Positions 7,923-15,631 of a stretch of DNA of 15,631 nt are shown piece after piece. The position numbers and the translations under genes are program-made. The notes beneath the pieces were generated by a model. The model made no database searches and had not been told where the DNA came from. It worked only from the letters and a program-made list of their open reading frames with translations. The stretch is from an uncultured Janthinobacterium sp. (GTDB lineage Bacteria; Vulcanimicrobiota; Vulcanimicrobiia; Vulcanimicrobiales; Vulcanimicrobiaceae), in contig CAZZXB010000071.1 in assembly GCA_964658025.1 (NCBI GenBank), forward strand, positions 1-15,631. The letters run 5' to 3'. Positions within the stretch are counted from its first letter, which is position 1. Every line of letters starts with the position of its first letter.

Positions 7923-8330
7923 CTAGACGTTGGTCTTCAAGCCCTCGCGCGACCACGTTCCCGCATAGAGGCTGAAGAAAGCGTCGAGATTACTGCGGTA
8001 CTGCCGTAGCGCCGTGCTCCAGAGCGAGAGCGCGTGGCGCCCGTCCTCGGTCAGCGTATAAACGCGACGCGCGGGCCCCTGTTCCGTCGGATCCCAGTGC
8101 GACGCGATGTACCCGTCGCGCTCGAGTTGTCGCAGCGCGCGATACACGGACCCGGGATCCGCGACGACGGCGAAATTCTCTTTGAGCGCTTTCATGATCT
8201 CGTATCCGTGAAGATTCGAGTCTTTCAGCATCACGAGAAGCCATGCCATAAGGTAATTTTTCGGCGTCCCCCGGGGCGGAAGCCCCGCGTCGCCGAGCGC
8301 CGGCCGCTCGAGGTCCGCGTAAATTTTCAT
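7923..8330 (-). CDS. PadR-family transcriptional regulator, PhaQ-like
   Basis: PKNYL..LL..LKD.NLHGY, D.GSVYRALRQLE.DG.I.S.WD, GPARRVY.LT and LDAFF.LY recall Bacillus PhaQ (from memory). Confidence 0.88.
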   Translation of the reverse strand: MKIYADLERPALGDAGLPPRGTPKNYLMAWLLVMLKDSNLHGYEIMKALKENFAVVADPGSVYRALRQLERDGYIASHWDPTEQGPARRVYTLTEDGRHALSLWSTALRQYRSNLDAFFSLYAGTWSREGLKTNV

Positions 8331-8418
8331 CCGTCTCGCACCATGAATGCAATCCCCTCACGCATGTCCGACGCCAACCGCGGCTTATGTCGGACCTGCG
8401 ACCTTTATCTATTCGTTC

Positions 8419-8436
8419 TCTGTGAGACGTCACAGA
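8419..8436. promoter_or_regulatory. Palindrome TCTGTGA-N4-TCACAGA, candidate operator
   Basis: Perfect 7-bp arms in the divergent gap between the PadR and MCC-beta genes. Confidence 0.45.
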
Positions 8437-8493
8437 CCCGCCATCCGTCGCGCGCTTCGGGGTTGCTCCGGCGAGGCCGCGAACGTCTCGTGA

Positions 8494-10095
8494 ATGAGAC
8501 TTCAATCGCACGTCGACCGTTCGAACGAGGACTTTCGCCGCAACGCGGACAGCATGAACGAGTTGCTCGTCGACTTACGCGCCCGCATCGCGCGCGCGCG
8601 GCGCGGTGGGGGTGCCGCGGCCGTCGCGCGGCACGAGGCGCGCGGAAAGCGGACCGCGCGGGAGCGGATCGATCTTCTCGGCGATCCGCTCGCGCCGTTT
8701 CTCGAATTCTCGCCGCTCGCCGCCGACGGCGTGTACGCGGACGAAGTTCCCGCGGCCGGCATCGTCACCGGGATCGCGCGCGTCGCGGGGCGCCCGTGCG
8801 TCGTCGTCGCGAACGACGCGACGGTGAAAGGCGGATCGTACTATCCGCTAACGGTGAAAAAACATCTCCGCGCGCAGGCGATCGCCGAGCAAAACGAATT
8901 GCCGTGCGTCTATCTCGTCGATTCCGGCGGCGCGTTCTTGCCGCGCCAAGACGAGGTATTTCCCGATCGCGAGCATTTCGGCCGCATCTTTTTCAATCAA
9001 GCGCGCATGTCGGCGCGCGGCATCTCGCAGATCGCGGCGGTCATGGGCTCGTGCACGGCGGGCGGCGCGTACGTTCCGGCGATGTCCGACGAAACGGTGA
9101 TCGTCGCCGGTCACGGGACGATCTACCTCGGCGGACCGCCGCTCGTCAAGGCCGCGACGGGCGAGATCGTCACGGCCGAGGATCTCGGCGGCGCCGACGT
9201 CTCGACCCGCCTCTCGGGCGTCGCGGACCACTACGCGCGCGACGACGCCGAGGCGCTCGCGATCGTGCGCTCGATCGTCGCCCATCTCGCGCCGCCGACG
9301 CGCTCTTGCGAACCGATCGAGGCGCGACCGCCCGCATACGATCCGAGCGAACTCTACGGGATCGTGCCGCGCGACACGCGGACGGGCTACGACGTGCGCG
9401 AGGCGATCGCGCGCATCGTCGACGCGTCGGAATTCGCGGAGTTCAAAGCGCGCTACGGTTCGACGCTCGTCTGCGGTTTCGCCCACATCGAAGGCCACGC
9501 CGTCGGCATCGTCGCCAATAACGGCATCCTCTTTTCCGAGAGCGCGCAGAAGGGCGCGCACTTCGTCGAACTCTGCGCGAAGCGCGGCACGCCGCTCGTC
9601 TTCCTCCAGAACGTCACGGGCTTCATGATCGGTCGCGACTACGAGAATCGCGGGATCGCGAAGGACGGCGCGAAGCTCGTCACCGCCGTCGCTTGCGCCG
9701 CGGTCCCGAAGTTCACGGTCGTGATCGGCGGCAGCTTCGGTGCGGGGAACTACGGCATGTGCGGCCGTGCGTACGACCCGAACCAGCTCTGGATGTGGCC
9801 GAACGCGCGCATCTCGGTGATGGGCGGGGCGCAGGCCGCCTCGACGCTGCTCGCGGTGCGCGTCGAGGCGGAGCGCGCGAAAGGGCGCGAGCTCGGCGCG
9901 GAGGAGCGCGACGCGCTAACGGCGCCGATTCTCGAAAAATACGAACGCGAGGGAAGCGCCTACTATTCGAGCGCGCGCTTGTGGGACGACGGCGTCATCG
10001 ATCCGGCGGACACGCGCCGTATCCTCGCGATCGGTCTGCACGCCGCGACGCACGCCGTCTCGCACGCGACGTCGTTCGGGATCTTTCGGATGTAA
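8494..10095 (+). CDS. liuB: 3-methylcrotonyl-CoA carboxylase carboxyltransferase (beta) subunit
   Basis: [81 protein letters not shown], terminal FGIFRM. Confidence 0.93.
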   Translation: MRLQSHVDRSNEDFRRNADSMNELLVDLRARIARARRGGGAAAVARHEARGKRTARERIDLLGDPLAPFLEFSPLAADGVYADEVPAAGIVTGIARVAGRPCVVVANDATVKGGSYYPLTVKKHLRAQAIAEQNELPCVYLVDSGGAFLPRQDEVFPDREHFGRIFFNQARMSARGISQIAAVMGSCTAGGAYVPAMSDETVIVAGHGTIYLGGPPLVKAATGEIVTAEDLGGADVSTRLSGVADHYARDDAEALAIVRSIVAHLAPPTRSCEPIEARPPAYDPSELYGIVPRDTRTGYDVREAIARIVDASEFAEFKARYGSTLVCGFAHIEGHAVGIVANNGILFSESAQKGAHFVELCAKRGTPLVFLQNVTGFMIGRDYENRGIAKDGAKLVTAVACAAVPKFTVVIGGSFGAGNYGMCGRAYDPNQLWMWPNARISVMGGAQAASTLLAVRVEAERAKGRELGAEERDALTAPILEKYEREGSAYYSSARLWDDGVIDPADTRRILAIGLHAATHAVSHATSFGIFRM

Positions 10096-10121
10096 TCGCT
10101 CGGAGATCCGTCCGCGAGCGC

Positions 10122-10679
10122 TTACGCGTTCGCGGGTTGTTTGAGCGCGAACAACCGGATCGTCGCCTGGATGAAATTCGGGATGTCGTCCGGGTTGCGG
10201 CTCGTGATCAGATTCCCGTCCTCGACGACGGACTTATCGACCCACAGGCCGCCCGCGTTCGCGATGTCGGTTCGGAGCGACGGCCACGACGTGAGCGTGC
10301 GACCGTTGAGCACGTCGGCCTCGACGAGGAGCCACGGCGCGTGACAGATCGCCGCGATCGGCTTACGTCCGTCGATGAACGCGCGGACGAACGCGACGGC
10401 TTTGGGAAGCGTTCGCAATTCGTCGGGATTCATCGCGCCGCCGGGGAGGAGGAGCGCGTCGAAGTCGTCGGGCTTCGCGTCGTCGAGGGCGGCGTCGATG
10501 GCGAACGTATCCGCCTTTTCGTCGTGATTGACGCCCTGCACGCGCCCGTTCGCGGGCGAAACGATCGACGTGGTCGCGCCTTCCGCGTCGAGCGCTTTAC
10601 GGGGCTCGACCATTTCCACTTGTTCGAATCCGTCCGCGACTAAAATCGCAACGCGGAGTCCGTTCAGCTGTTGTGCCAT
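10122..10679 (-). CDS. pfpI: PfpI/DJ-1 family protein (type 1 glutamine amidotransferase-like deglycase/protease)
   Basis: VAILVADGFEQVE, LLLPGG, nucleophile elbow AICHAP, LITSRNPDD. Confidence 0.94.
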   Translation of the reverse strand: MAQQLNGLRVAILVADGFEQVEMVEPRKALDAEGATTSIVSPANGRVQGVNHDEKADTFAIDAALDDAKPDDFDALLLPGGAMNPDELRTLPKAVAFVRAFIDGRKPIAAICHAPWLLVEADVLNGRTLTSWPSLRTDIANAGGLWVDKSVVEDGNLITSRNPDDIPNFIQATIRLFALKQPANA

Positions 10680-10687
10680 GGAACACG

Positions 10688-10715
10688 ATTCCCACGCTCT
10701 TGGGCGAGCGAAACC
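10688..10715 (-). promoter_or_regulatory. SigB/SigF-type general stress promoter (GGTTT-N17-GGGAAT) of pfpI
   Basis: Minus strand GGTTT cgctcgcccaagagcgt GGGAAT cgtgttcc ATG; PfpI-family genes are typical general-stress regulon members. Confidence 0.6.
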
Positions 10716-10757
10716 CGTCGCGCAACCGAACCGAGCCCCGCGAGCGTCTCACGAACG

Positions 10758-11660
10758 GTGTCGAAACACGTTTTTCCCGTCGTCGCGGCCTACGCGACGA
10801 TCTGTACCATTTGGGGCACGACCTGGCTCGCCATCAAAGGCTCGCTCGCCGGAATGCCGCCGCTCGCGGGTGCGGGCGTGCGCTTCGTGCTCGCGGGGCT
10901 CGTGCTCTACGCCTGCGCGCTCGCCACGAATCGCGGCGCGCGACGGAAGGCGCCGCCGCTCCACCTCGTGCTCGTCCTCGCCGGAACGATGTTCGGCCTC
11001 AACTACGCGCTCACGTATCTCGCCGAGACGCAGCTTCCGTCCGGACTCGTCGCCGTGCTCTTCGGAACGCTTCCGTTTTTCGTGTTCGGATTCGCGCGCT
11101 TCATGACGGGCGAGCGTTCCGACGCGCGGACCGTCGCGGGCGCGATCCTCGCCCTCGGCGGCGTCGCGCTCATCTCGCTCGTCGGCGACCTGCACGGAAA
11201 TCTCTGGTTCGTCGTCGCGGCCGTCGCCGCGGCCGCCTGTTCCGCGTACGCGAACGTCTATCTCAAACAGTATTCGGATGCCGAACCGCTCGCGACGTTG
11301 CCGCCGGCGATGCTCGTCGCGGGCGCCGCGCTGTTCGTTCTCGGTCTGCTCTTCGAACCGATCGACTGGGTCCGCGCGACGGCGCCCGGCTCGCTCGCGT
11401 CGATCGCGTATCTCGCGATCTGCGGGAGCGCGATCGCCTTCTATCTGAACCACTGGTTGTTGCAACGCGTGTCGGCGGCGATCGTCGGCCTCTCCGCGCT
11501 CGTGATCCCGGTCGTCGCGGTTTTCGTCGGCGTGATCTTCGGCGGCGAGGCGATCGGCCCGCGCGACGCCCTCGGCGGCGCGCTCGTCATCCTCGGCGTC
11601 GCCCTCGCCATCGTCCCACGCGGCAGACGTCTCGTCGCAGTCGGAGCACCGCAAGCGTAA
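10758..11660 (+). CDS. EamA/DMT-family transporter (~300 aa)
   Basis: IWGTTWLAIK, PPL..AG.RF, SGLVAVL, YLAICGSAIAF; ~10 TMs. Start trimmed to GTG 10758. Confidence 0.93.
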   Translation: MSKHVFPVVAAYATICTIWGTTWLAIKGSLAGMPPLAGAGVRFVLAGLVLYACALATNRGARRKAPPLHLVLVLAGTMFGLNYALTYLAETQLPSGLVAVLFGTLPFFVFGFARFMTGERSDARTVAGAILALGGVALISLVGDLHGNLWFVVAAVAAAACSAYANVYLKQYSDAEPLATLPPAMLVAGAALFVLGLLFEPIDWVRATAPGSLASIAYLAICGSAIAFYLNHWLLQRVSAAIVGLSALVIPVVAVFVGVIFGGEAIGPRDALGGALVILGVALAIVPRGRRLVAVGAPQA

Positions 11661-11798
11661 CGCGAATCGCTCGGGACCCGGGGAGCGCGAGCTCGTGAAC
11701 CGTCGCGCAGGGCTGCGATTCGTCCGTCGGAGACGCGCCGCCGCGCGTTGCATCCCGCCGCGAAACGTTACCGATCCCTCCCCGGCTCGCGTCCGCCG

Positions 11799-11828
11799 TG
11801 ATACACTCGACGAACGGAGGGTTCGTCG
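11799..11828 (+). promoter_or_regulatory. Extended -10 (TG-A-TACACT) followed by an 8-bp hairpin with GGAGG in the loop
   Basis: TACACT 11802-11807; CGACGAAC(11808-11815)-GGAGG-GTTCGTCG(11821-11828); ATG at 11832. Confidence 0.5.
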
Positions 11829-11831
11829 GTC

Positions 11832-13367
11832 ATGCGATACGGAATCGGCTTTGCGTTAGCTGTCTTTTCGTTTACGGCATTTCGCGTCGCGAGCGCGGCC
11901 ACCGTCGATTGGCCCGGATACAATAACGATCCCGCGTCGACGCGTTATTCGGCGCTCGCGACGATCGGGCAGGCGAACGTGCGTGGACTGCATCGGATCT
12001 GTAGCGTCTCCCTCGGGTCGCTCCGCGCGTTCGAGAGCGGACCGATCGGGGTCGGCGGAATCGTCTACGTGACCACCGGCGCGTACACGTTCGCAATCGA
12101 CGGCTCGAGTTGCAAGAAACTCTGGACGAACGCGTATGCGCCCATAGCCTCGAACGACGGGCCCAATCGCGGCGTCGCGTACGCGAGCGGCCGCCTCTTC
12201 CGCGGGACGCTCGACGGCCACGTCCTCGCGATCGACGCGAAAACGGGGCGCACGATTTGGAATCGCACGATCGTGCCGAGCGGGAGCTACGCCGTTTTCG
12301 ATGCGGCACCGATCGTCGCGAACGGCCTCGTGGTCATCGGAAGCGCGAGCGGTGACGGTGGCGAGCCCGGGGTGTTGTACGCGCTCGATCCGTCGAGCGG
12401 CGCCGTCCGCTGGTCCGTGCGGACCGTGCCGACGGACGGTTCCGCCGCGGCGAACGCGTCGTGGTCGGGCGCGACGCATATCGCCGGCGGAACGACGTGG
12501 ACGTCGTACACGTACGACGCGACGACGGATCGCGTGTACGCGTCGCTCGGCAATCCGGGACCCGATTTCTACGGCGACGTTCGCAAAGGCGCGAACCTGC
12601 CGACCGACACGCTCGCCGCGTTCGACGCGCTCACCGGAAAGAATTCGTTCGCGGTGCAAGTGGAAGGCCACGACGTGCACGACTACGATCTCGGCGCCGC
12701 GCCGGCACTCGCGAAAGTCGCGTCGGGGGCGGCGTACGCGATCGTCGCGGGCAAGGACGGCTACGTGCGCGCGATCGACACGGGCTCGGGGCGCGTCGTC
12801 TGGTCGACCGCCGATACGACGATCTCGAATACGTCGGCGCCGATCGTCCCGAGCGGGACGCACTTCTGCCCGGGGCTCGACGGCGGGACGCTGTGGAACG
12901 GGCCCGCATACTCCGCGCGCACGAAAGCCGCCTACGTCGACAGCGTCGATCGATGCTCGACGATCGATCTCGCGACGGCGCCGCCGACGTACGTCCCCGG
13001 CCGACCGTGGCTCGGATCGAGTAACGGCTACGGCGCGTTCGACGCGAGCGCGACGGGCCACCTCACGTCGGTCGACGCGGCGACCGGGCGCGTGCGCTGG
13101 ACGTATCACGCGCCGACGCCGCTCGTCGCGGGCGTCACCGCGACCGCGGGCGGTCTCGTGTTCGCGGCGGACCTGCGCGGCACGTTCTACGCCTTCGACG
13201 ATACGACGGGCGCGCTCCTCAAAACCGTCCCGCTCGGGCTTCCGGTCGCGGGCGGCATCGCGACCTACGGCGCGACGACCGGAAAACAATTCGTGGCGGT
13301 CGCGGCGGGCGATCCGTGGAGCACGACCGGCACGCCGAGCGCGACGATCGAGATTCTCGGCCTCTGA
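11832..13367 (+). CDS. Secreted PQQ-binding-like beta-propeller, quinoprotein dehydrogenase-like (511 aa)
   Basis: Signal peptide (..ASA-A), WPGYN..TRYS, NRGVA, repeated AxDxxTGxxxW blades, LGNPGPD, HDVHDYD, FCPG..GG..W, TAGGLVF, GKQFVAV. Confidence 0.88.
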   Translation: MRYGIGFALAVFSFTAFRVASAATVDWPGYNNDPASTRYSALATIGQANVRGLHRICSVSLGSLRAFESGPIGVGGIVYVTTGAYTFAIDGSSCKKLWTNAYAPIASNDGPNRGVAYASGRLFRGTLDGHVLAIDAKTGRTIWNRTIVPSGSYAVFDAAPIVANGLVVIGSASGDGGEPGVLYALDPSSGAVRWSVRTVPTDGSAAANASWSGATHIAGGTTWTSYTYDATTDRVYASLGNPGPDFYGDVRKGANLPTDTLAAFDALTGKNSFAVQVEGHDVHDYDLGAAPALAKVASGAAYAIVAGKDGYVRAIDTGSGRVVWSTADTTISNTSAPIVPSGTHFCPGLDGGTLWNGPAYSARTKAAYVDSVDRCSTIDLATAPPTYVPGRPWLGSSNGYGAFDASATGHLTSVDAATGRVRWTYHAPTPLVAGVTATAGGLVFAADLRGTFYAFDDTTGALLKTVPLGLPVAGGIATYGATTGKQFVAVAAGDPWSTTGTPSATIEILGL

Positions 13368-13416
13368 TATCCGCGGCGCGCAGGTCGCGCGCGTGGTTCG
13401 ACCGGAACTCCGGCAC

Positions 13417-13830
13417 ATGAAGACGGACGTCGCGTTTCTCGTCTTACGCCTCGTGGTCGGAACCGCGTTTTGCCTCCACGGATTACCGAAGATCGAACAT
13501 CTCACGACGTGGGGCGCGCACGTGCTCCCGGGCGTCCCCGGATGGCTCTTCGCGATCGTGGCCGTCGCGGAATTTCTCGGCGGTGCGCTGCTCGTCGTCG
13601 GGCTCTTCACGCAGGTTTTCGCATTCCTACTCGCCTGCGACATGGCGGTCGCGATCTTCGCCGTCCTGATCCCGAAGGGCGCCTCGTTCGTCGGGCATCC
13701 GGGATTCGAACTCGAACTCACCTATCTCGTCGTCGCGTTCGCGCTGTTACTGTGCGGGCCGGGAAGTCTTTCGATCGACGCGCGATTTCGCGGACGATCG
13801 ACTTCGATACGACCGCGACGGCGGCGCTAA
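13417..13830 (+). CDS. DoxX-family membrane protein (137 aa)
   Basis: 3' end of ORF 12301..13830; LRLVVG..F..HG..K, EFLGGALLVVGL, GFEL, GPGSLSID. Confidence 0.92.
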   Translation: MKTDVAFLVLRLVVGTAFCLHGLPKIEHLTTWGAHVLPGVPGWLFAIVAVAEFLGGALLVVGLFTQVFAFLLACDMAVAIFAVLIPKGASFVGHPGFELELTYLVVAFALLLCGPGSLSIDARFRGRSTSIRPRRRR

Positions 13831-13897
13831 GGACGGCGGCGTCTGCCGGAGCGAACGGATCGGTCGCTTCGCGATACCGCGACGGCCGCGGATGCGA

Positions 13898-14638
13898 TCA
13901 GATGCCCGCGTACCACGCGTAACCGTTGTCTTCCCAATACCCGCCGCGACCCGAACCGATCTTCGCGTACGAATCGACGAGTTCGATCCGGCGGACCCAC
14001 TTCGTGCTCTTGTAGGCGAGTTGCGTCGGGACGCGCAGACGGACGGGCGCGCCGTGATCGGGATCGAGCGGGGCGTCGTTGAGATCGAGCGTCAGTTGCG
14101 TTTGCGGATGCGATGCTTGATGCATGTCGAGCGAACCGTAGAACGGCGTCCCTTCGGAATCGCGGTCGAACGAATAACACACGACGTAGCGCGCTTCGGG
14201 TTTCGGGCGGACGAGCGCGAGCAGCGCGTGCAGCGGGACGCCCGTGTACTTCCCGACGACGCTCCACCCCTCGACGCAATCGTGTCGCGTGATCTGCGTG
14301 AGCGATGCGAGCGCGCGCAGGTGCGAGAGCGCGAAGGTCTGCGGGCGCTCGACGAGCCCCGCGACCGGGAGCCCGTACGAAGCGAATCGCGACGCCACGA
14401 GATCTTGATACGTCGCGTCGCTCGGCGTCGGATTGCCGTTGGACGGAAAATCGCGCGTGATGTCGGATTCGCGGTAGAGTTTCGCGGAGCCGTGCGTGCC
14501 GATCAGGCGATGGTCCAACACGTTCGCGGCGTCGAGAACGTCCGAAACCTGCCGGGACCCGTTGAGGGCGTTCGTGATCTTGGAACATCCCGCGAGCGCC
14601 GCCGACATCGTCGTCGCGACGAAGAGCGCGCGCTTCAC
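13898..14638 (-). CDS. Molybdopterin-dependent oxidoreductase, sulfite oxidase family (MsrP/YedY-like), possible lipoprotein
   Basis: Mo-ligand RHDCVEGWS, HPQT.L, HGAPVRL, YKSTKWV, GGYWED.GY.WYAG; N-terminal KRALF..LAGC. Confidence 0.92.
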   Translation of the reverse strand: MKRALFVATTMSAALAGCSKITNALNGSRQVSDVLDAANVLDHRLIGTHGSAKLYRESDITRDFPSNGNPTPSDATYQDLVASRFASYGLPVAGLVERPQTFALSHLRALASLTQITRHDCVEGWSVVGKYTGVPLHALLALVRPKPEARYVVCYSFDRDSEGTPFYGSLDMHQASHPQTQLTLDLNDAPLDPDHGAPVRLRVPTQLAYKSTKWVRRIELVDSYAKIGSGRGGYWEDNGYAWYAGI

Positions 14639-15486
14639 GGTCCCGTTCCTTCGTGTTCGCCGAGTCGATACGTCCCGAGCGTCATCGAGCGCATGTTATT
14701 GACGAAACCCGTTCCGATCACGAGCCCGACGTGCCCGAGCGTGAACCCGAATAAGAGGACGAGCGAGACGAAGTGCCACGTCCGCGCGAACTGACGGCCG
14801 CCGAGCAGCCACGTGAGCGGCCCGGCGATCGCGTCGATCCCGGGCGAGAGCGCGAGCCCGGTGAGGATCGTGAACGGCACGAGCCCGAACAGCAGCGCCG
14901 TATATCCGGCTTTCTGCAACGGATTGTACTTGCCGTGATCGGGCGGCTCCGATCGCAGATGCAAGTAATACGCCTGCATCGGCCAGAGTTTGGGCAGATC
15001 CGACGGTCGCAGGACGATCAGTCGGAGTTCTTTGCTCGCGATGCCGTCGACGAGATACGCGATCCCGCCGAGCACGAGGATCCAACCGAAAAAGAAGTGC
15101 CAACGCCGACCGCCCGCGAGATCCTGTTCGCCCGGAAACGTGCTCCAGCCGGGGAATCCGCGCGTCGTCTCGCCGCCTTGACCGTCGTCCGTGACGCCGA
15201 GCCAGTGCGTCGTGCGGAACGTCGCGCCGAACAGATGCACGATCCCGGTCGGCGCGTTCTCCGTTCCGGCCGAGGTGATCTCGAAAACGCGATGGTGCGG
15301 ATCGCTCAGATCGGAGGCGTCCAGATACGGCGCCGCGTTGAAGATCTGCAGCCCGCTCATCGCGAGCACGAGCAAGGCGAGCGCGCCGCTCCAATGCGTG
15401 AGACGCGTCACGAGCGAGTGGCGACGCACGACCGGTCCTCGCGCCGTGCGCTCCGGAGCGCGCCCGGCTCCTGCGGTTACTTCCAT
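14635..15486 (-). CDS. Cytochrome b/b6-domain membrane protein, partner of the molybdoenzyme
   Basis: RLTHW, MSGLQIFNA, RRWHFFF, KYNPLQK, TGLALSP, ARTWHF, GHV heme-ligand His pattern; 4-nt overlap with the oxidoreductase. Confidence 0.92.
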   Translation of the reverse strand: MEVTAGAGRAPERTARGPVVRRHSLVTRLTHWSGALALLVLAMSGLQIFNAAPYLDASDLSDPHHRVFEITSAGTENAPTGIVHLFGATFRTTHWLGVTDDGQGGETTRGFPGWSTFPGEQDLAGGRRWHFFFGWILVLGGIAYLVDGIASKELRLIVLRPSDLPKLWPMQAYYLHLRSEPPDHGKYNPLQKAGYTALLFGLVPFTILTGLALSPGIDAIAGPLTWLLGGRQFARTWHFVSLVLLFGFTLGHVGLVIGTGFVNNMRSMTLGTYRLGEHEGTGP

Positions 15487-15631
15487 CGTTCGAATGCTAC
15501 CACGCCACGCCGGGTTCCGTCGCGGAAATCGGATCGCGCGGCGCGGAGTTCAATCGCCCGAATCCTTACGCGCCCCCGCGGTACTCCATCGTTCGAATCC
15601 TATCCGCGCGGCGGTACTCCATCGTTCGAAT
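15473..15631. repeat. Degenerate tandem array, ~34-bp period, at least 5 units, truncated at the window edge
   Basis: Core TCCATCG-nnn-GAAT variants start at 15482, 15516, 15550, 15585 and 15618 (periods 34/34/35/33); GCGGTACTCCATCGTTCGAAT is identical at 15578 and 15611. Confidence 0.75.
15487..15502 (-). promoter_or_regulatory. Extended -10 (TG-G-TAGCAT) 7 nt before the ATG, leaderless promoter
   Basis: Minus strand TGGTAGCAT tcgaacg ATG; no SD. Confidence 0.55.

Noticed and set aside
12301..13416. 509-aa ORF 12301..13830
   Set aside because: Shadow frame of the quinoprotein; the real DoxX starts at 13417.
11856..13721. Long antisense and alternate-frame ORFs (also 8034..9521, 5541..6737, 6790..7956, 13892..14794)
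   Set aside because: Expected from stop-codon scarcity at high GC; Arg/Ala/Pro-rich, no motifs, and they overlap well-supported genes.
15591..15600. GTTCGAATCC resembles a tRNA T-loop
   Set aside because: No T-stem pairing, acceptor stem or anticodon arm; it is part of the tandem unit.
15473..15631. CRISPR array
   Set aside because: Linkers are only ~10-13 nt, repeats are degenerate and no cas genes are in the window.

Overview
GC-rich bacterial chromosomal window with mostly housekeeping and stress genes and no mobile element. The gene set and codon style resemble Candidatus Eremiobacterota/WPS-2 (inference only). Left to right: pyrF-pyrE (minus); an unannotated 46-aa small gene with its own RBS and a bidirectional terminator; a DUF6249-like membrane protein divergent from a translationally coupled operon (ECF sigma, membrane anti-sigma, OmpR-family regulator, HAMP histidine kinase, DUF4097-like secreted protein), with back-to-back SigW-type promoters in the divergent gap; a PhaQ-like PadR regulator-MBL-fold hydrolase-GNAT operon (minus) divergent from a lone methylcrotonyl-CoA carboxylase beta subunit; PfpI with a SigB/SigF-type promoter; an EamA transporter; a secreted PQQ-type beta-propeller; DoxX; and a cytochrome b + MsrP-like molybdoenzyme pair (minus). 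The window ends in a ~34-bp-period tandem array (at least 5 units, truncated at the edge) that repeats the cytochrome b gene's -10/ATG module. Several genes look leaderless. Family calls come from motif recognition by eye; no database search was run.
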